Below, piece by piece: positions 19,215 to 30,874 of a stretch of DNA of 64,000 nt. The DNA comes from Sumerlaeia bacterium (lineage in GTDB: Bacteria; Sumerlaeota; Sumerlaeia; SLMS01; JAHLLQ01). The translations under genes and the position numbers were made by a program. Each line of letters starts with the position of its first letter. The stretch's first letter is position 1. The notes under the pieces are model-generated. The model made no database searches. It saw only the letters and a list, made by a program, of their open reading frames with translations, and was not told the DNA's origin. The stretch covers positions 32,001-96,000 of the forward strand of contig JAVJSW010000046.1 in the NCBI GenBank assembly GCA_040219255.1, read 5' to 3'.

Positions 19215-19784
19215 TTAGGGCGTCGCGGAGCCACCACCGTTCGCCGCGATGCCGCTCGCATCCACAATCAGAAGCGACTCGTTGGCTTCCCGGACCTTGC
19301 CGACAACGGTGACTTCCGCGCCCGGTTCCAGTCCGTTCTGACCCTTGAGGTCGACCTTCAGCGTCTTGCCATCCGCATCAAGGACCTGGATGGTGGCGCT
19401 GTTGGCGGCGATGGTGTCGCGGGGCACGCAGCAGGCATCCCACGGCACGGCACAGGCGTCGGTGCAGGCGGGCGCGACTTCGCTGTCGGCGACCAGGAAA
19501 ATGGCGCGGCCTTCGGTGAAGGGCTCAACCCGGCCGCCGATATAGCCGGTCAGGGCGATGTCGTCCCCCGCTTTGGCGTTGGCGCGGGCCTGGGAAACGG
19601 TCAGGGCGTTGGCGGGGGCTTCGGCGAGGAAGAAACCTTCGGGCAGCGCGGGGGCCTGCTCCGCCGGGGCGGCGGCGGTGGTTTCTTGGGCGGCGGTTGC
19701 GCCGGTGGACTCGGCGCCTTCCTGGGCGCAGCCAGCGAGGGCAAGGATCGAGGCGAAGGCCAGGGTCGTGGGGATGAGCTTCAT
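19215..19784 (-). CDS. Cys-motif lipoprotein, probable OB-fold
   Basis: MKLIP...LALAGC lipobox; CTDACAVPWDACC motif; AGGAG RBS; last gene of the ABC operon. Confidence 0.8.
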   Translation of the reverse strand: MKLIPTTLAFASILALAGCAQEGAESTGATAAQETTAAAPAEQAPALPEGFFLAEAPANALTVSQARANAKAGDDIALTGYIGGRVEPFTEGRAIFLVADSEVAPACTDACAVPWDACCVPRDTIAANSATIQVLDADGKTLKVDLKGQNGLEPGAEVTVVGKVREANESLLIVDASGIAANGGGSATP

Positions 19785-19813
19785 GGGGTGTTCTCCTGTT
19801 GGAACGAGTGGGG

Positions 19814-20980
19814 TTAGAGAGATTTCAGGGCTTCCGGGATGGGCATTCTCAGGCACCGCCACGCGGGCGGCAGGGTTCCGAGGATGCCGAGAAAAAGGCC
19901 GACGGTTCCCCCGGCGGCCAGGACGGTGGCGTTGAGCGTGAGCTGAAACACGCCCATGGAAAAGGAAATGGCGATGCCATCGAGGAGGAGCTTGGCGACC
20001 AGCAAAGCCACAAAGACCGCGGCGGCGGCGGCCAGCAGCGCTTCCTGAACCAGGCTGAAGACGATGGCGCGGCGCGGGAACCCGAGCGATTGCAGCATCC
20101 CGATCTCGCGCACCCGGGCGGCAAAGGCGCTGTACAGTGTGTTCAGACCCCCGAGAATGCCCGCCAGCGCGATCAGGATCGCCGTGGCCCAGATCATGAT
20201 CTGGATCGGCCGGTAGAACCGCAGGAGCGACGCATAGTAATCGGCCTCCATGACCGCCGCCAACTCCAGGTCCACCCGCATCTTGGTAAAGGCGTCCACG
20301 TCGGCGAACTCGGCTTCGCCGAGGCGCACCACGACGCAGGACAGGCCATCGCGTTTCGTGGCGACCTGCAAGTCCGTCAGGGGGGTCCACAGTTCGGCGT
20401 CCATCACGGTGCCGCGGGCCATGAAGCGCCCGGCGACGGTCCAGGGCTGGCCTTCGAACCAGAGCGACTGGCCGATGGCGAGGGCTTGCGGGGGCAGGCC
20501 GAGTTTCTCCGCCGCCAGACTCCCAGCCAGCAGTTCGTTGTTGCCGGGGCGGGGGGCGCGGCCCTCCACGATTTCGACCCGTTCGTGGACCAGGAACGCT
20601 CCCGGCGTCATGCCCCGCACGACCGCGCGCAGTTCGCGCTCCGAGTTCTCGTTCTCGAAGAAGATCAGCGCGGAGACGATTTCCGGCGAGACAAAGGGCA
20701 CGCCGCCCGCGCTATGAATACCCGGCAGGCTAGCGCTGAGGATTCCGGGCGTCGTGGCGGGGATTTCGCTGCGCTCGATGCTTTCTTCGCTGCCGGTGGC
20801 CAGCAGGATGACGTTGCGCGAGTCGTTGCGGATGCTCAGGGACGAGCGCATTCCCTCCACAAAAGCGGCGGCGGCGACAATGAGCAGCACCACAAGCGCG
20901 TTCCCCAGCAGAATGGCCAGGAAGCGGCGGGGCGAACGGCCCAGGTTTCGGACGGCGTAGTCGAACGGTAAGAGCTTCAT
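19814..20980 (-). CDS. ABC transporter permease, MacB/FtsX family
   Basis: YAVRNLGRS N-terminus, large periplasmic domain, RVREIGMLQSLGF motif, three C-terminal TM helices. Confidence 0.9.
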   Translation of the reverse strand: MKLLPFDYAVRNLGRSPRRFLAILLGNALVVLLIVAAAAFVEGMRSSLSIRNDSRNVILLATGSEESIERSEIPATTPGILSASLPGIHSAGGVPFVSPEIVSALIFFENENSERELRAVVRGMTPGAFLVHERVEIVEGRAPRPGNNELLAGSLAAEKLGLPPQALAIGQSLWFEGQPWTVAGRFMARGTVMDAELWTPLTDLQVATKRDGLSCVVVRLGEAEFADVDAFTKMRVDLELAAVMEADYYASLLRFYRPIQIMIWATAILIALAGILGGLNTLYSAFAARVREIGMLQSLGFPRRAIVFSLVQEALLAAAAAVFVALLVAKLLLDGIAISFSMGVFQLTLNATVLAAGGTVGLFLGILGTLPPAWRCLRMPIPEALKSL

Positions 20981-20982
20981 CG

Positions 20983-22125
20983 TCACACCGCCCGGAAGGC
21001 TTCCGCCGTGGAAAGGCGGGCGGCCCGCACGGCTGGCAGCAGCCCGGCCCCGACGCCAATGACCGCGCAGATCGCCATGCCAAGCGCGATGGTGAACGCT
21101 TCCGTCTCGATGATGACGCTGAGGCCTTCCACCGAGAAGGTGAACTGGCCAAAGCGCGACACCAGATGCGCGACGCCGACGCCCAATACGCCGCCGAGGA
21201 GGCTGAGTCCGAGACTTTCCACGACCACCAGCCGGGTGATCAGATGCTCGGGATAGCCGAGCGTCTGCATCACCGCGTGATCCTTCACCCGGTCCTGGAC
21301 GGACAGCGAAATGGCGTTGGCCACCAGAGCGAAAATCGCCACCAGGCTGCCAATGCCCAGCCAGCCGGCGAATTCCACCAGCTGAACGATATCGGTCACG
21401 GCGCGGGCCACGAAGGCTTTCTCCGAAGACGTCCACGTCGGAGCCTGCGAATTGGCGAAGGCCGCATCGATGGCCGCCGCCACTGGATCGAGTTGGCTGG
21501 GGTCGGTGACCTCGACGTTGAACTGGGTGACGATGCCTTGCTTGTTGCCGGCGGCGCGCTGGAGGAAATCGAGATGGACGAAGGCCACGTTCTGGTCCTG
21601 CGGGTTTTCCGAGGTCAGAATGCCCGCGATGCTCACCGTGATGCCGGAGGCGCTGAGGCGGTCGCCGACGCCCAGGCCACGGCGCTCGGCCAGGCGTTGG
21701 CCAACGAGGGCCGCGTCGTTCCGCCGGGTCCAGTCATCCAGGCTCCCCGCCAGGAGTTCCATCCCTTCGTCGCGCAGTGCCGCTTCCTGAACGCCCCGGA
21801 AGGTGACGACGTCGAGCGACGCGCGGCAGTTGTTCACGACGATGCGCATCGGGGCGACGCTCTTCACGCCGGGGATTCCGGCGATGGTGCGGGTGTAGTC
21901 CTGGGGCAGTTCGCTGGTGAAGGGGCAGAAGCGGTTTTCTCGGTAAACGACCAGGTGGGTGTCGCTGGCGGTTTCCTGGGTCGCGGCGGCGACGCCCGTG
22001 CGCATGGCCTGGACGGCGCAGAAAAGGAACATGGCCGTCGCGATGCCGCCCAGGGTCAGCAGGGTTCGCGCCCGATGGCGGACGATATATTTCACAACCA
22101 GAGGAATCATGCGTGAGGGGATCAT
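20983..22125 (-). CDS. ABC transporter permease, MacB/FtsX family
   Basis: RHRARTLLT, periplasmic NRFCPF and NNCRAS motifs, RVKDHAVMQTLGY; ATGA overlap with the ATPase. Confidence 0.9.
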   Translation of the reverse strand: MIPSRMIPLVVKYIVRHRARTLLTLGGIATAMFLFCAVQAMRTGVAAATQETASDTHLVVYRENRFCPFTSELPQDYTRTIAGIPGVKSVAPMRIVVNNCRASLDVVTFRGVQEAALRDEGMELLAGSLDDWTRRNDAALVGQRLAERRGLGVGDRLSASGITVSIAGILTSENPQDQNVAFVHLDFLQRAAGNKQGIVTQFNVEVTDPSQLDPVAAAIDAAFANSQAPTWTSSEKAFVARAVTDIVQLVEFAGWLGIGSLVAIFALVANAISLSVQDRVKDHAVMQTLGYPEHLITRLVVVESLGLSLLGGVLGVGVAHLVSRFGQFTFSVEGLSVIIETEAFTIALGMAICAVIGVGAGLLPAVRAARLSTAEAFRAV

Positions 22126-22814
22126 ACCAGCGCCTCCTCTTGCTGCTCCACGAGCCGCCCCTTTTCCAGGTGCAGTGTGCGGCTGGCGTAGGCGGTCGCG
22201 TGGGGATCATGGGTCACCATGATGAGCGTGCAGTGCATCTCCCGCGACAGACGCTGGAGCAGAGTCAGGATGTCGTGGGCGGAGGATTTGTCCAGATCGC
22301 CGGTCGGTTCGTCGGCGACGACGATTTTGGGCTCCGTCACAATGGCGCGGGCGATGGCGACGCGCTGCTCCTGGCCGCCGGAAAGCTGACGCGGGTAGTG
22401 ATCGTGGCGGTCGGCGATGCCCACCATGTCGAGAGCCAGCGAAACGCGCTCGTGGCGTTCCCGGCGCGAAAGCTTATGCAGCAACAACGGCAGCTCCACG
22501 TTCTCGTAGGCCGTCAGTACCGGCACCAGATTGTAGAGCTGGAAGATGTAGCCCACGTGGTCGCGGCGCCATCCGGCCAGGGCCGAGCGCGACAGCGTCG
22601 CCACGTCTCTCTCGCCAATAATCAATTGGCCCGAAGTCGGCCGGTCGATTCCGGCGATCAGATTCAGCAGCGTCGTCTTTCCGCTGCCGGACGGCCCCAT
22701 GAGGGCCAGGAACTCGCCCGTTTCCACGTCCAGATCGAGGTGGTCCAGCGGCGTGATTTCCTGATCGCCACGCTTGTAGGTGCGGGTCAATTGGCGGCAT
22801 TGAATGAACGGCAT
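22122..22814 (-). CDS. ABC transporter ATP-binding protein (LolD/MacB type)
   Basis: GPSGSGKT, LSGGQEQR, ADEPTG, VTHD. Confidence 0.95.
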   Translation of the reverse strand: MPFIQCRQLTRTYKRGDQEITPLDHLDLDVETGEFLALMGPSGSGKTTLLNLIAGIDRPTSGQLIIGERDVATLSRSALAGWRRDHVGYIFQLYNLVPVLTAYENVELPLLLHKLSRRERHERVSLALDMVGIADRHDHYPRQLSGGQEQRVAIARAIVTEPKIVVADEPTGDLDKSSAHDILTLLQRLSREMHCTLIMVTHDPHATAYASRTLHLEKGRLVEQQEEALV

Positions 22815-22815
22815 C

Positions 22816-24270
22816 TCAGTTCTCCTCCTGGCGCACACGGACGCGCTGATCGGGTTCGAGGCGATCCGTGGCGGACACGATCAGCAAATCGCCGGGCTGC
22901 AGACCGGAGGCGATCTCGCTCCAGCCCTCTTCTGTCGCGCCTGTCGTCGTGACCGAGCGCCGGGCTGCGACGCCGGCTTCTCCATCGAAGCGCGACACCA
23001 CCCAGGCGGTGCCGTCCTCGAGCGCCTGGGCGGGGGCGAAGACCGAAAGACCGGTCGCGGGGGGCGTCGCCTCCGAATCCATGACGGGGCGCAGGAACCG
23101 GACGCGGGCGAGCATCTCCGGCTTCAGCTCTTGCGCCGGGTCATCGACCGAAACCTTCACCTCCAGGGTGTTTTTCTGAATATCCGCGCGGTGCGTGATT
23201 CGGCTGACGGTGCCGGAGAACGTGCGGTCGGCCAGCACTTCCACAACGATTTGGGCCGGTTGGCCGACGCCTACCTTGGCCGCATCCGCCAGCGGGACAT
23301 CGACGCGCACCTGGAGTTTTTCCGGATTGTAGAGCTGGGCCACGCGGGCCATATCCGCGTTGTCGGAGGCGCTCATGAGGATCGAACCCGGTTCCACCAG
23401 CCGCCGCATGACGACGCCCTCGGCGGGAGCCTTGATTTCCAGCCGCTCGACGCGAAGCTGGGCTTCCGCGAGTTCGACCCGCGCCAAGTCCAGCCGCCGC
23501 CGCTCCTCGGTTCGCAGTTCCAGGTTCCGCGCGGCCGCGGCGGCTTCCGCCTTCATCCGTTCGAGTTTCGCTTCCAGCTCCCGGATGCGGCTTTCCACGA
23601 CGCGGACGCGGGCGGCCTGTGCCTGGGCCGAGGCTTCCGCCGTGTCGTATTCTTCCTGCGCGATGGACCCTTGCCCCAAGAGGTTTCGGCGGCGGTCGTG
23701 CACCAGGTTGGCTTCGCGGCGCAGGGCCTGCTCGACCTCCAGCTCCGCCCGAGCCAATTCCAGCGCCGCTTCCGTTTCGCGGACCGAGGCTGCGGCCACG
23801 GCGGCTTCCCGCCGCCGGTCCACGTTGGCTTCCCAGGCTTCCTCCGCGGCGCGGGCTTCGGCTTGCGCCCGTTGCAGCGCCAGCCGGGCGTCTTCATCGA
23901 CAAGCCGCACGAGAACTTGCCCCATCTCGACCGCGTCGCCCTCCAGGAACAACACGTCCTCCGCTGTCCCGTTCGTCAGGGTGACGGCGTACACGGCGAA
24001 GGGATCGGGTTCGATCCAGCCGGCGGCTTGGACGATGACTTCGCCCGCCTGCTCCGGATTGTCCGGCGCCGCACTTCGCAGGATCGCCGGGCGCTCGACC
24101 ACCGGGATGGCCCGCACTTCTACAGCCGGGGTGAGACTGCTGGCCATGGAGCCGGCAAACAACCCGCCAAAGGCAACCAGAAGCCCCACCGGCAGAGCCA
24201 CTCGGGTCCCCCATCGGAACTTCGGCGGTGGGATATTCCCCCCACCCGGGGGATTGGTAACAAAAGACAT
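22816..24270 (-). CDS. Membrane-fusion protein (periplasmic adaptor) of the ABC exporter
   Basis: N-terminal TM helix, AAGWIEP, long coiled coil, IKAPAEG, LKPEM; GGAGAGG RBS before ATG at 24270. Confidence 0.88.
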   Translation of the reverse strand: MSFVTNPPGGGNIPPPKFRWGTRVALPVGLLVAFGGLFAGSMASSLTPAVEVRAIPVVERPAILRSAAPDNPEQAGEVIVQAAGWIEPDPFAVYAVTLTNGTAEDVLFLEGDAVEMGQVLVRLVDEDARLALQRAQAEARAAEEAWEANVDRRREAAVAAASVRETEAALELARAELEVEQALRREANLVHDRRRNLLGQGSIAQEEYDTAEASAQAQAARVRVVESRIRELEAKLERMKAEAAAAARNLELRTEERRRLDLARVELAEAQLRVERLEIKAPAEGVVMRRLVEPGSILMSASDNADMARVAQLYNPEKLQVRVDVPLADAAKVGVGQPAQIVVEVLADRTFSGTVSRITHRADIQKNTLEVKVSVDDPAQELKPEMLARVRFLRPVMDSEATPPATGLSVFAPAQALEDGTAWVVSRFDGEAGVAARRSVTTTGATEEGWSEIASGLQPGDLLIVSATDRLEPDQRVRVRQEEN

Positions 24271-24327
24271 AGAGGTCCCTCTCCGCGATTTAAAAAGACG
24301 ATGACGGTTGGACGGCATGCGTCTTTC

Positions 24328-24741
24328 TCAGCAGAGAAAAACCTGGATCTGAAGGTGAAGGCTGGGGCCGGAGCACGGCGAGGGCGGGCCTCGCTTCTCC
24401 AGGGCTTTGCTGGACAGGACCATTTGGTCGAAGTGAAGCGGAGCGGCCCTCGGCATCGGGGCGTCCATGGGCGAGGCGATGTCCACCCGCGCCGTCGCCG
24501 TCGGAGCGGGATCCGCCGCAGTGAAAACGCAGCAGCTTCGCGGGCAGGACCGGTCTTCCGCGCAGGGCGCTTCAGCCGGTTCGTGAGCCGGTTCGCCAGC
24601 TTGGCAGCAAGCGGCCGGCGCATGCGCCGGCGCGGCTGGCCGGGCAAGGCAGCAAAGCCCCGGCGCGGCCTGCAACAGCGCCGCGATCAGGAGCGGAAGC
24701 ACGCACAGAGCGCTGAGAAAACGCTGCCGCCGCAGACTCAT
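24328..24741 (-). CDS. Cys-rich exported leader protein with RGPP motif (DUF2946/CruR-like architecture)
   Basis: GGAGG RBS 7 nt before ATG at 24741; signal-like N-terminus; 11 Cys including three CC pairs; KRGPP 17 residues before the stop; 57 nt upstream of the MFP gene. Confidence 0.7.
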   Translation of the reverse strand: MSLRRQRFLSALCVLPLLIAALLQAAPGLCCLARPAAPAHAPAACCQAGEPAHEPAEAPCAEDRSCPRSCCVFTAADPAPTATARVDIASPMDAPMPRAAPLHFDQMVLSSKALEKRGPPSPCSGPSLHLQIQVFLC

Positions 24742-25134
24742 GCCCAAGCCTCCGTCGCCTGGAAAGGCCAGCCGTCGAGAGACCAGAACGCCCGCCTCCC
24801 ACCTCCCGCCAAAGAGGGCGGGGGCGACAGGCTGGGGCTTGGATGGGCGTACAGGACGGTCACGGATTCGGGTCTGGCCTTCCCTTTCAGTTCAAACGGT
24901 GGAATGCCTTTGCCGATAGCGTCCGGTCAAGAGCATTCCAATCCGGTCCAAGATAGTGCGCGCCGCGTTCGGCGCCTTGAGCGGAACCCGTTCGGAAATC
25001 CGCATCACTTCCTTTGACCCGTCCGAGCCCGCATGGTTTGCTCCGTCCGGTGGCGTTGGAGTCCGGCAATCAAGGACATTTCGCATCCGCAAAAGAACGC
25101 GCCTGTGAAGCATCCAGCGCGAAAACGTTATTGA

Positions 25135-27354
<2,220 letters not shown>

Positions 27355-27379
27355 ACCCCCTCAACTCCCAGCAAGACCG

Positions 27380-27425
27380 AATGTCCCGGCCACTGTCTCC
27401 ACAGTTTGGCCGGGACGTTTTTTTT
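27380..27425 (+). terminator. Intrinsic terminator of katG
   Basis: GTCCCGGCCA / TGGCCGGGAC stem with inner ACTGT/ACAGT, followed by T8. Confidence 0.85.
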
Positions 27426-27478
27426 GGGGCATCGGGCCCATCGCGCCCGAGGTCTTGACGAAGGACGGCGAGGCCCCG

Positions 27479-27529
27479 CCGCACACCGTTAAAACCCACG
27501 AAAAACCCAGCGGTTTGTCACGCGCCAGG
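27479..27529 (+). repeat. 51-bp direct repeat, copy 1
   Basis: CCGCACACCGTTAAAACCCACGAAAAACCCAGCGGTTTGTCACGCGCCAGG; 47/51 identical to 30875-30925. Confidence 0.9.
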
Positions 27530-27968
27530 TGCGGGCTCCCGTGCGAGCCTCTCTTCATTCCCACCCCCGGCGCGGAACCCTCTCGCGCCGCACCGAAGGA
27601 CCGAACCATGCACAGCCAACAGTTGAGTCTCCTGCTCGATCTGCACGAGTCCGCACCGCGTAAACGCCATAACGGCGTCGCTTCCAGAGTCTCGGCCAAG
27701 CGGGGCGCGACATGCGGCGATTCCCGCCAGCCGCTCGATAGAGCGCCGGTGCCCCCCTTTTCAGTCCGTGTCTCGCATAAAGACTTTTATTCGCGCCATC
27801 GCCTTTCGTCATCGCCGATCTCGGACATGGGAAGTTCGAGTTGAAACAATTTCTGGAATCGCGCCTTGCCCGATGCCCCCGTGGCGGTGTCTTTCTCCGC
27901 GTTTGCGATGGGCCGCCACAAGGGACCCGTTCGCGTGAATTTGAGCTTTCATCCATAAGGGAAAATTG

Positions 27969-29609
27969 ATGCTGAATATTTTCAAGAAGAAGCGCGGGAA
28001 CTGGAAGGACGACATCCTTTCCGGCCTGACCGTATCGCTGGCGCTCGTGCCCGAGGCTATCGCCTTCGCGTTCGTCGCGGGCGTTTCGCCGCTCGTGGGC
28101 CTGTACGCTTCGTTCTTTATCGGCCTGATCACCGCCGCGTTCGGTGGCCGGCCGGGCATGATCTGTGGCGCCACGGGGGCCCTGGCCGTCGTGATGGTGA
28201 CCCTTGTCAAGCACGGCAACGAAATCGGCGGCGAAGGCGCCGGCGTGGAATATCTGTTCCTGACGGTGATTCTGATGGGCATTCTGCAGGCCTCCGCCGG
28301 GGTGCTTCGCCTTGGCAAGCTCATCCGCCTCGTTCCCCATCCGGTCATGATGGGTTTTGTGAACGGTCTGGCGATCGTGATTTTCCTGTCGCAAATCGAC
28401 ATGTTCAAGGTGCGTAACGGCGCCGAGGTCGGCGGCTGGCTCGAAGGCTCGTCGATGGCGATTATGCTGGGCCTGACGGCGCTGACGATGGCGATTATCT
28501 ATTTCCTGCCCAAGTTGACCAAGGCCGTCCCGGCCTCACTGGTGGCGATTCTGGCGGTCACCGGCATCGCCTTCTTCGGCGTCGAGACGCAGGTCGTGGG
28601 CGATCTCGCCTCGGTCAAGGGCGGGCTGCCCATTCCCGGCATCCCCAGCGTGCCGCTCAACATGGAAACGCTGGCCTTCATTTTCCCCTACGCGGCGGTG
28701 CTGGCGGCCATTGGCCTGATCGAGTCGCTGATGACGCTGCAATTGATCGACGTGCTGACGGAGTCGCGGGGCCGGGGCAATCGCGAGTGCGTCGCCCAGG
28801 GCGCCGCCAACGTGGTCACCGGATTTTTCGGCGGCATGGGTGGCTGCGCCATGATCGGCCAGAGCCTGATCAACATCGAATCGGGCGGCCGCGGCCGCAC
28901 CTCGGGAGTCGTCGCCGCCGTGGCGCTGCTCCTGTTCATCCTGTTCGGTTCGCCCTTTATCGACCGCATTCCTATCGCCGCCCTGACCGGGGTGATGTTC
29001 ATGGTGGTCATCGGCACCTTTGAGTGGGCCACCTTCCGCACCTTTGGCAAGGTCCCCAAGAGCGACCTGCTCGTCGTGGGCATCGTCACCGTGGTCACCG
29101 TGTGGCACGATCTGGCCCTCGCCGTGCTGGCCGGCGTCGTCGTCTCGGCGCTGGTGTTCGCGTGGAAGAGTTCGCGCCACGTCACGCTGGAGACCGTGAA
29201 ATCCACGGACAACGAGCGCGTTTATTCGCTCAGCGGGCTGCTCTATTTCGGCTCCGTGGTGGACTTCAACAACCACTTCAAACCGGCCAAGGACCCGGAG
29301 AACGTGGTGATCGATTTCCTCGAAGCCCGGGTGTGCGACATGTCCGGCCTGGAAGCGATCAACGTCCTGGCCGAGCGCTACCGCAAACTCGGCAAAGTGC
29401 TGCACGTGCGGCATCTTTCGCCCGATTGCCGGGCCATGCTGACCAAGGCCGGGGCTCTGGTGGACATCGAAGTGGCCAGCGACGACCCGGAATACCTGGT
29501 CACCCGCATCGGCCTGACCGCCGCCAAGGACCGCGCCGACAAGCAGAAACCGGCCGTGACCCTCCCCACCCCCGCCCTGCCCACCCCGGCGATTCCAGCG
29601 GCCCAGTAG
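27969..29609 (+). CDS. SulP/SLC26-family inorganic anion transporter with STAS domain
   Basis: DILSGLTVSLALVPEAIAF, GRPGMI, GGCAMIGQS, C-terminal STAS (GLLYFGS, DMSGLEA). Confidence 0.95.
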   Translation: MLNIFKKKRGNWKDDILSGLTVSLALVPEAIAFAFVAGVSPLVGLYASFFIGLITAAFGGRPGMICGATGALAVVMVTLVKHGNEIGGEGAGVEYLFLTVILMGILQASAGVLRLGKLIRLVPHPVMMGFVNGLAIVIFLSQIDMFKVRNGAEVGGWLEGSSMAIMLGLTALTMAIIYFLPKLTKAVPASLVAILAVTGIAFFGVETQVVGDLASVKGGLPIPGIPSVPLNMETLAFIFPYAAVLAAIGLIESLMTLQLIDVLTESRGRGNRECVAQGAANVVTGFFGGMGGCAMIGQSLINIESGGRGRTSGVVAAVALLLFILFGSPFIDRIPIAALTGVMFMVVIGTFEWATFRTFGKVPKSDLLVVGIVTVVTVWHDLALAVLAGVVVSALVFAWKSSRHVTLETVKSTDNERVYSLSGLLYFGSVVDFNNHFKPAKDPENVVIDFLEARVCDMSGLEAINVLAERYRKLGKVLHVRHLSPDCRAMLTKAGALVDIEVASDDPEYLVTRIGLTAAKDRADKQKPAVTLPTPALPTPAIPAAQ

Positions 29610-29643
29610 GGCGAGAGCGGGGCGTGGCTGGTTTATGATTTTA

Positions 29644-29746
29644 GCCACGGATGAACGCGGATGGCGCTGATGATGGGGTGTAGGGGCGGGGGAAGTAGAA
29701 GTATCAGAGCCCCGAAGCATCTGTGTTCATCCGCGTGATCTGCGGC
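29644..29746. repeat. Fold-back RCRGAT-unit element A
   Basis: Left arm GCCACGGAT-GAACGCGGAT-GGCGCTGAT-G (29644-29672); right arm CATCTGTGTT-CATCCGCGT-GATCTGCGGC (29718-29746). Confidence 0.85.
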
Positions 29747-29855
29747 AAAATAAAGACCTTCGTGCTTCCATGGGGCGTGGCCCCAATCGTCCCCCCGGCG
29801 GTACAACTCTTGCCTCCCTCTCGACCTCACTCCAGGGGACCCGGGAGGGCTGGTC

Positions 29856-30854
29856 TTGAGCGCTTGGATTTGGACAGTCGTTTTGGTGGCCGCCGCCTGG
29901 CTGACCAACTGGGGAGCCGATCATTTGGTCGGGCCGTTTCAGAAGGTGCGCCGCCGCTGGGGCCTGACGGGCGTGGGCGGGGCGTGTCTGATCGGCATTT
30001 TCACCGGCAGCCCGGAATACACCACCAACTCCGTCAGCGCCCTGCGCGGCGTGTCCGACATCGGCCTGGGCAACATGCTCGGGGCGAACATTTTCTCCAT
30101 ACCGCTGGTGATCACCGTCGGCTGGCTGGCCCAGCGCTTCGGCCCCGTCGAACGCACCGAGGACGGGCGCCCGCTCCTGCATCTGGAACACGCCACCATC
30201 ACGGTGCTGACGGTGCCGTACCTGGGGATCGTCGCTCTGGTGGGGCTCCTGACGCTGCCGGCGGGGTGGCGCGGGCTGCAACCCATCGATGGGTGGATCA
30301 TGCTGGGGGCCTATTTGGCGTTCCTGGTGCAGGGGCTTTTGCGGGGCCGGGGCGAATCGCACCGTGAACGCTGGACCGCCCGCGGCATCGCCATGGCGCT
30401 GCTGGGTGTGGGGGCGCTGGGGCTGGGGGCGTACCTGATCGTGCGCTCGACCGAGCAGATCGCCAACGCGCTGGGGATTTCGCACCTGGTGGGCGGATTG
30501 TTCCTCGCCGGGTTGGCATCCATCGTGCCCGAGGCCCTCAAGACCTGGAAACTGGTCCGCGCCGGCCAGGCCACCGCCGGCGCCACCAGCGTCATTCCCG
30601 ACAACGCCGTCACCATGACGCTCGGTTTTTTGCCGCTGGCGCTGGTGGGAACGGCGATCGAGGATTTCCGCCTTTACTGCGTGAACCTGGCTGCGGCGTT
30701 CCTGCTGGCGGCGGTCTTCGCCGTGGTCACCTACACCGGCAGCCGCGAGCGCGGCATCGACCTGCGCGAAGTCCTTTGGCTCGATGGAATTTGCGTGGCG
30801 TGGGTGGGGGTTGTGGGGTGGCTGATCGCCACCGGTCAGATTCAGCAAGGCTAG
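29856..30854 (+). CDS. Ca2+/cation antiporter (CaCA, YrbG-like)
   Basis: About 10 TM helices in two repeats; GSPE...GNMLGANIF alpha-1 and ASIVPE...DN alpha-2 segments; GGGAGG RBS with TTG start. Confidence 0.8.
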   Translation: MSAWIWTVVLVAAAWLTNWGADHLVGPFQKVRRRWGLTGVGGACLIGIFTGSPEYTTNSVSALRGVSDIGLGNMLGANIFSIPLVITVGWLAQRFGPVERTEDGRPLLHLEHATITVLTVPYLGIVALVGLLTLPAGWRGLQPIDGWIMLGAYLAFLVQGLLRGRGESHRERWTARGIAMALLGVGALGLGAYLIVRSTEQIANALGISHLVGGLFLAGLASIVPEALKTWKLVRAGQATAGATSVIPDNAVTMTLGFLPLALVGTAIEDFRLYCVNLAAAFLLAAVFAVVTYTGSRERGIDLREVLWLDGICVAWVGVVGWLIATGQIQQG

Positions 30855-30874
30855 CCTCAGCCGCCGCCGAAAAA

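Noticed and set aside
27608-27640. Beta-clamp-binding motif (QLSLL) in a small ORF
   Set aside because: A five-residue near-match in an ORF of uncertain reality; too weak to call.
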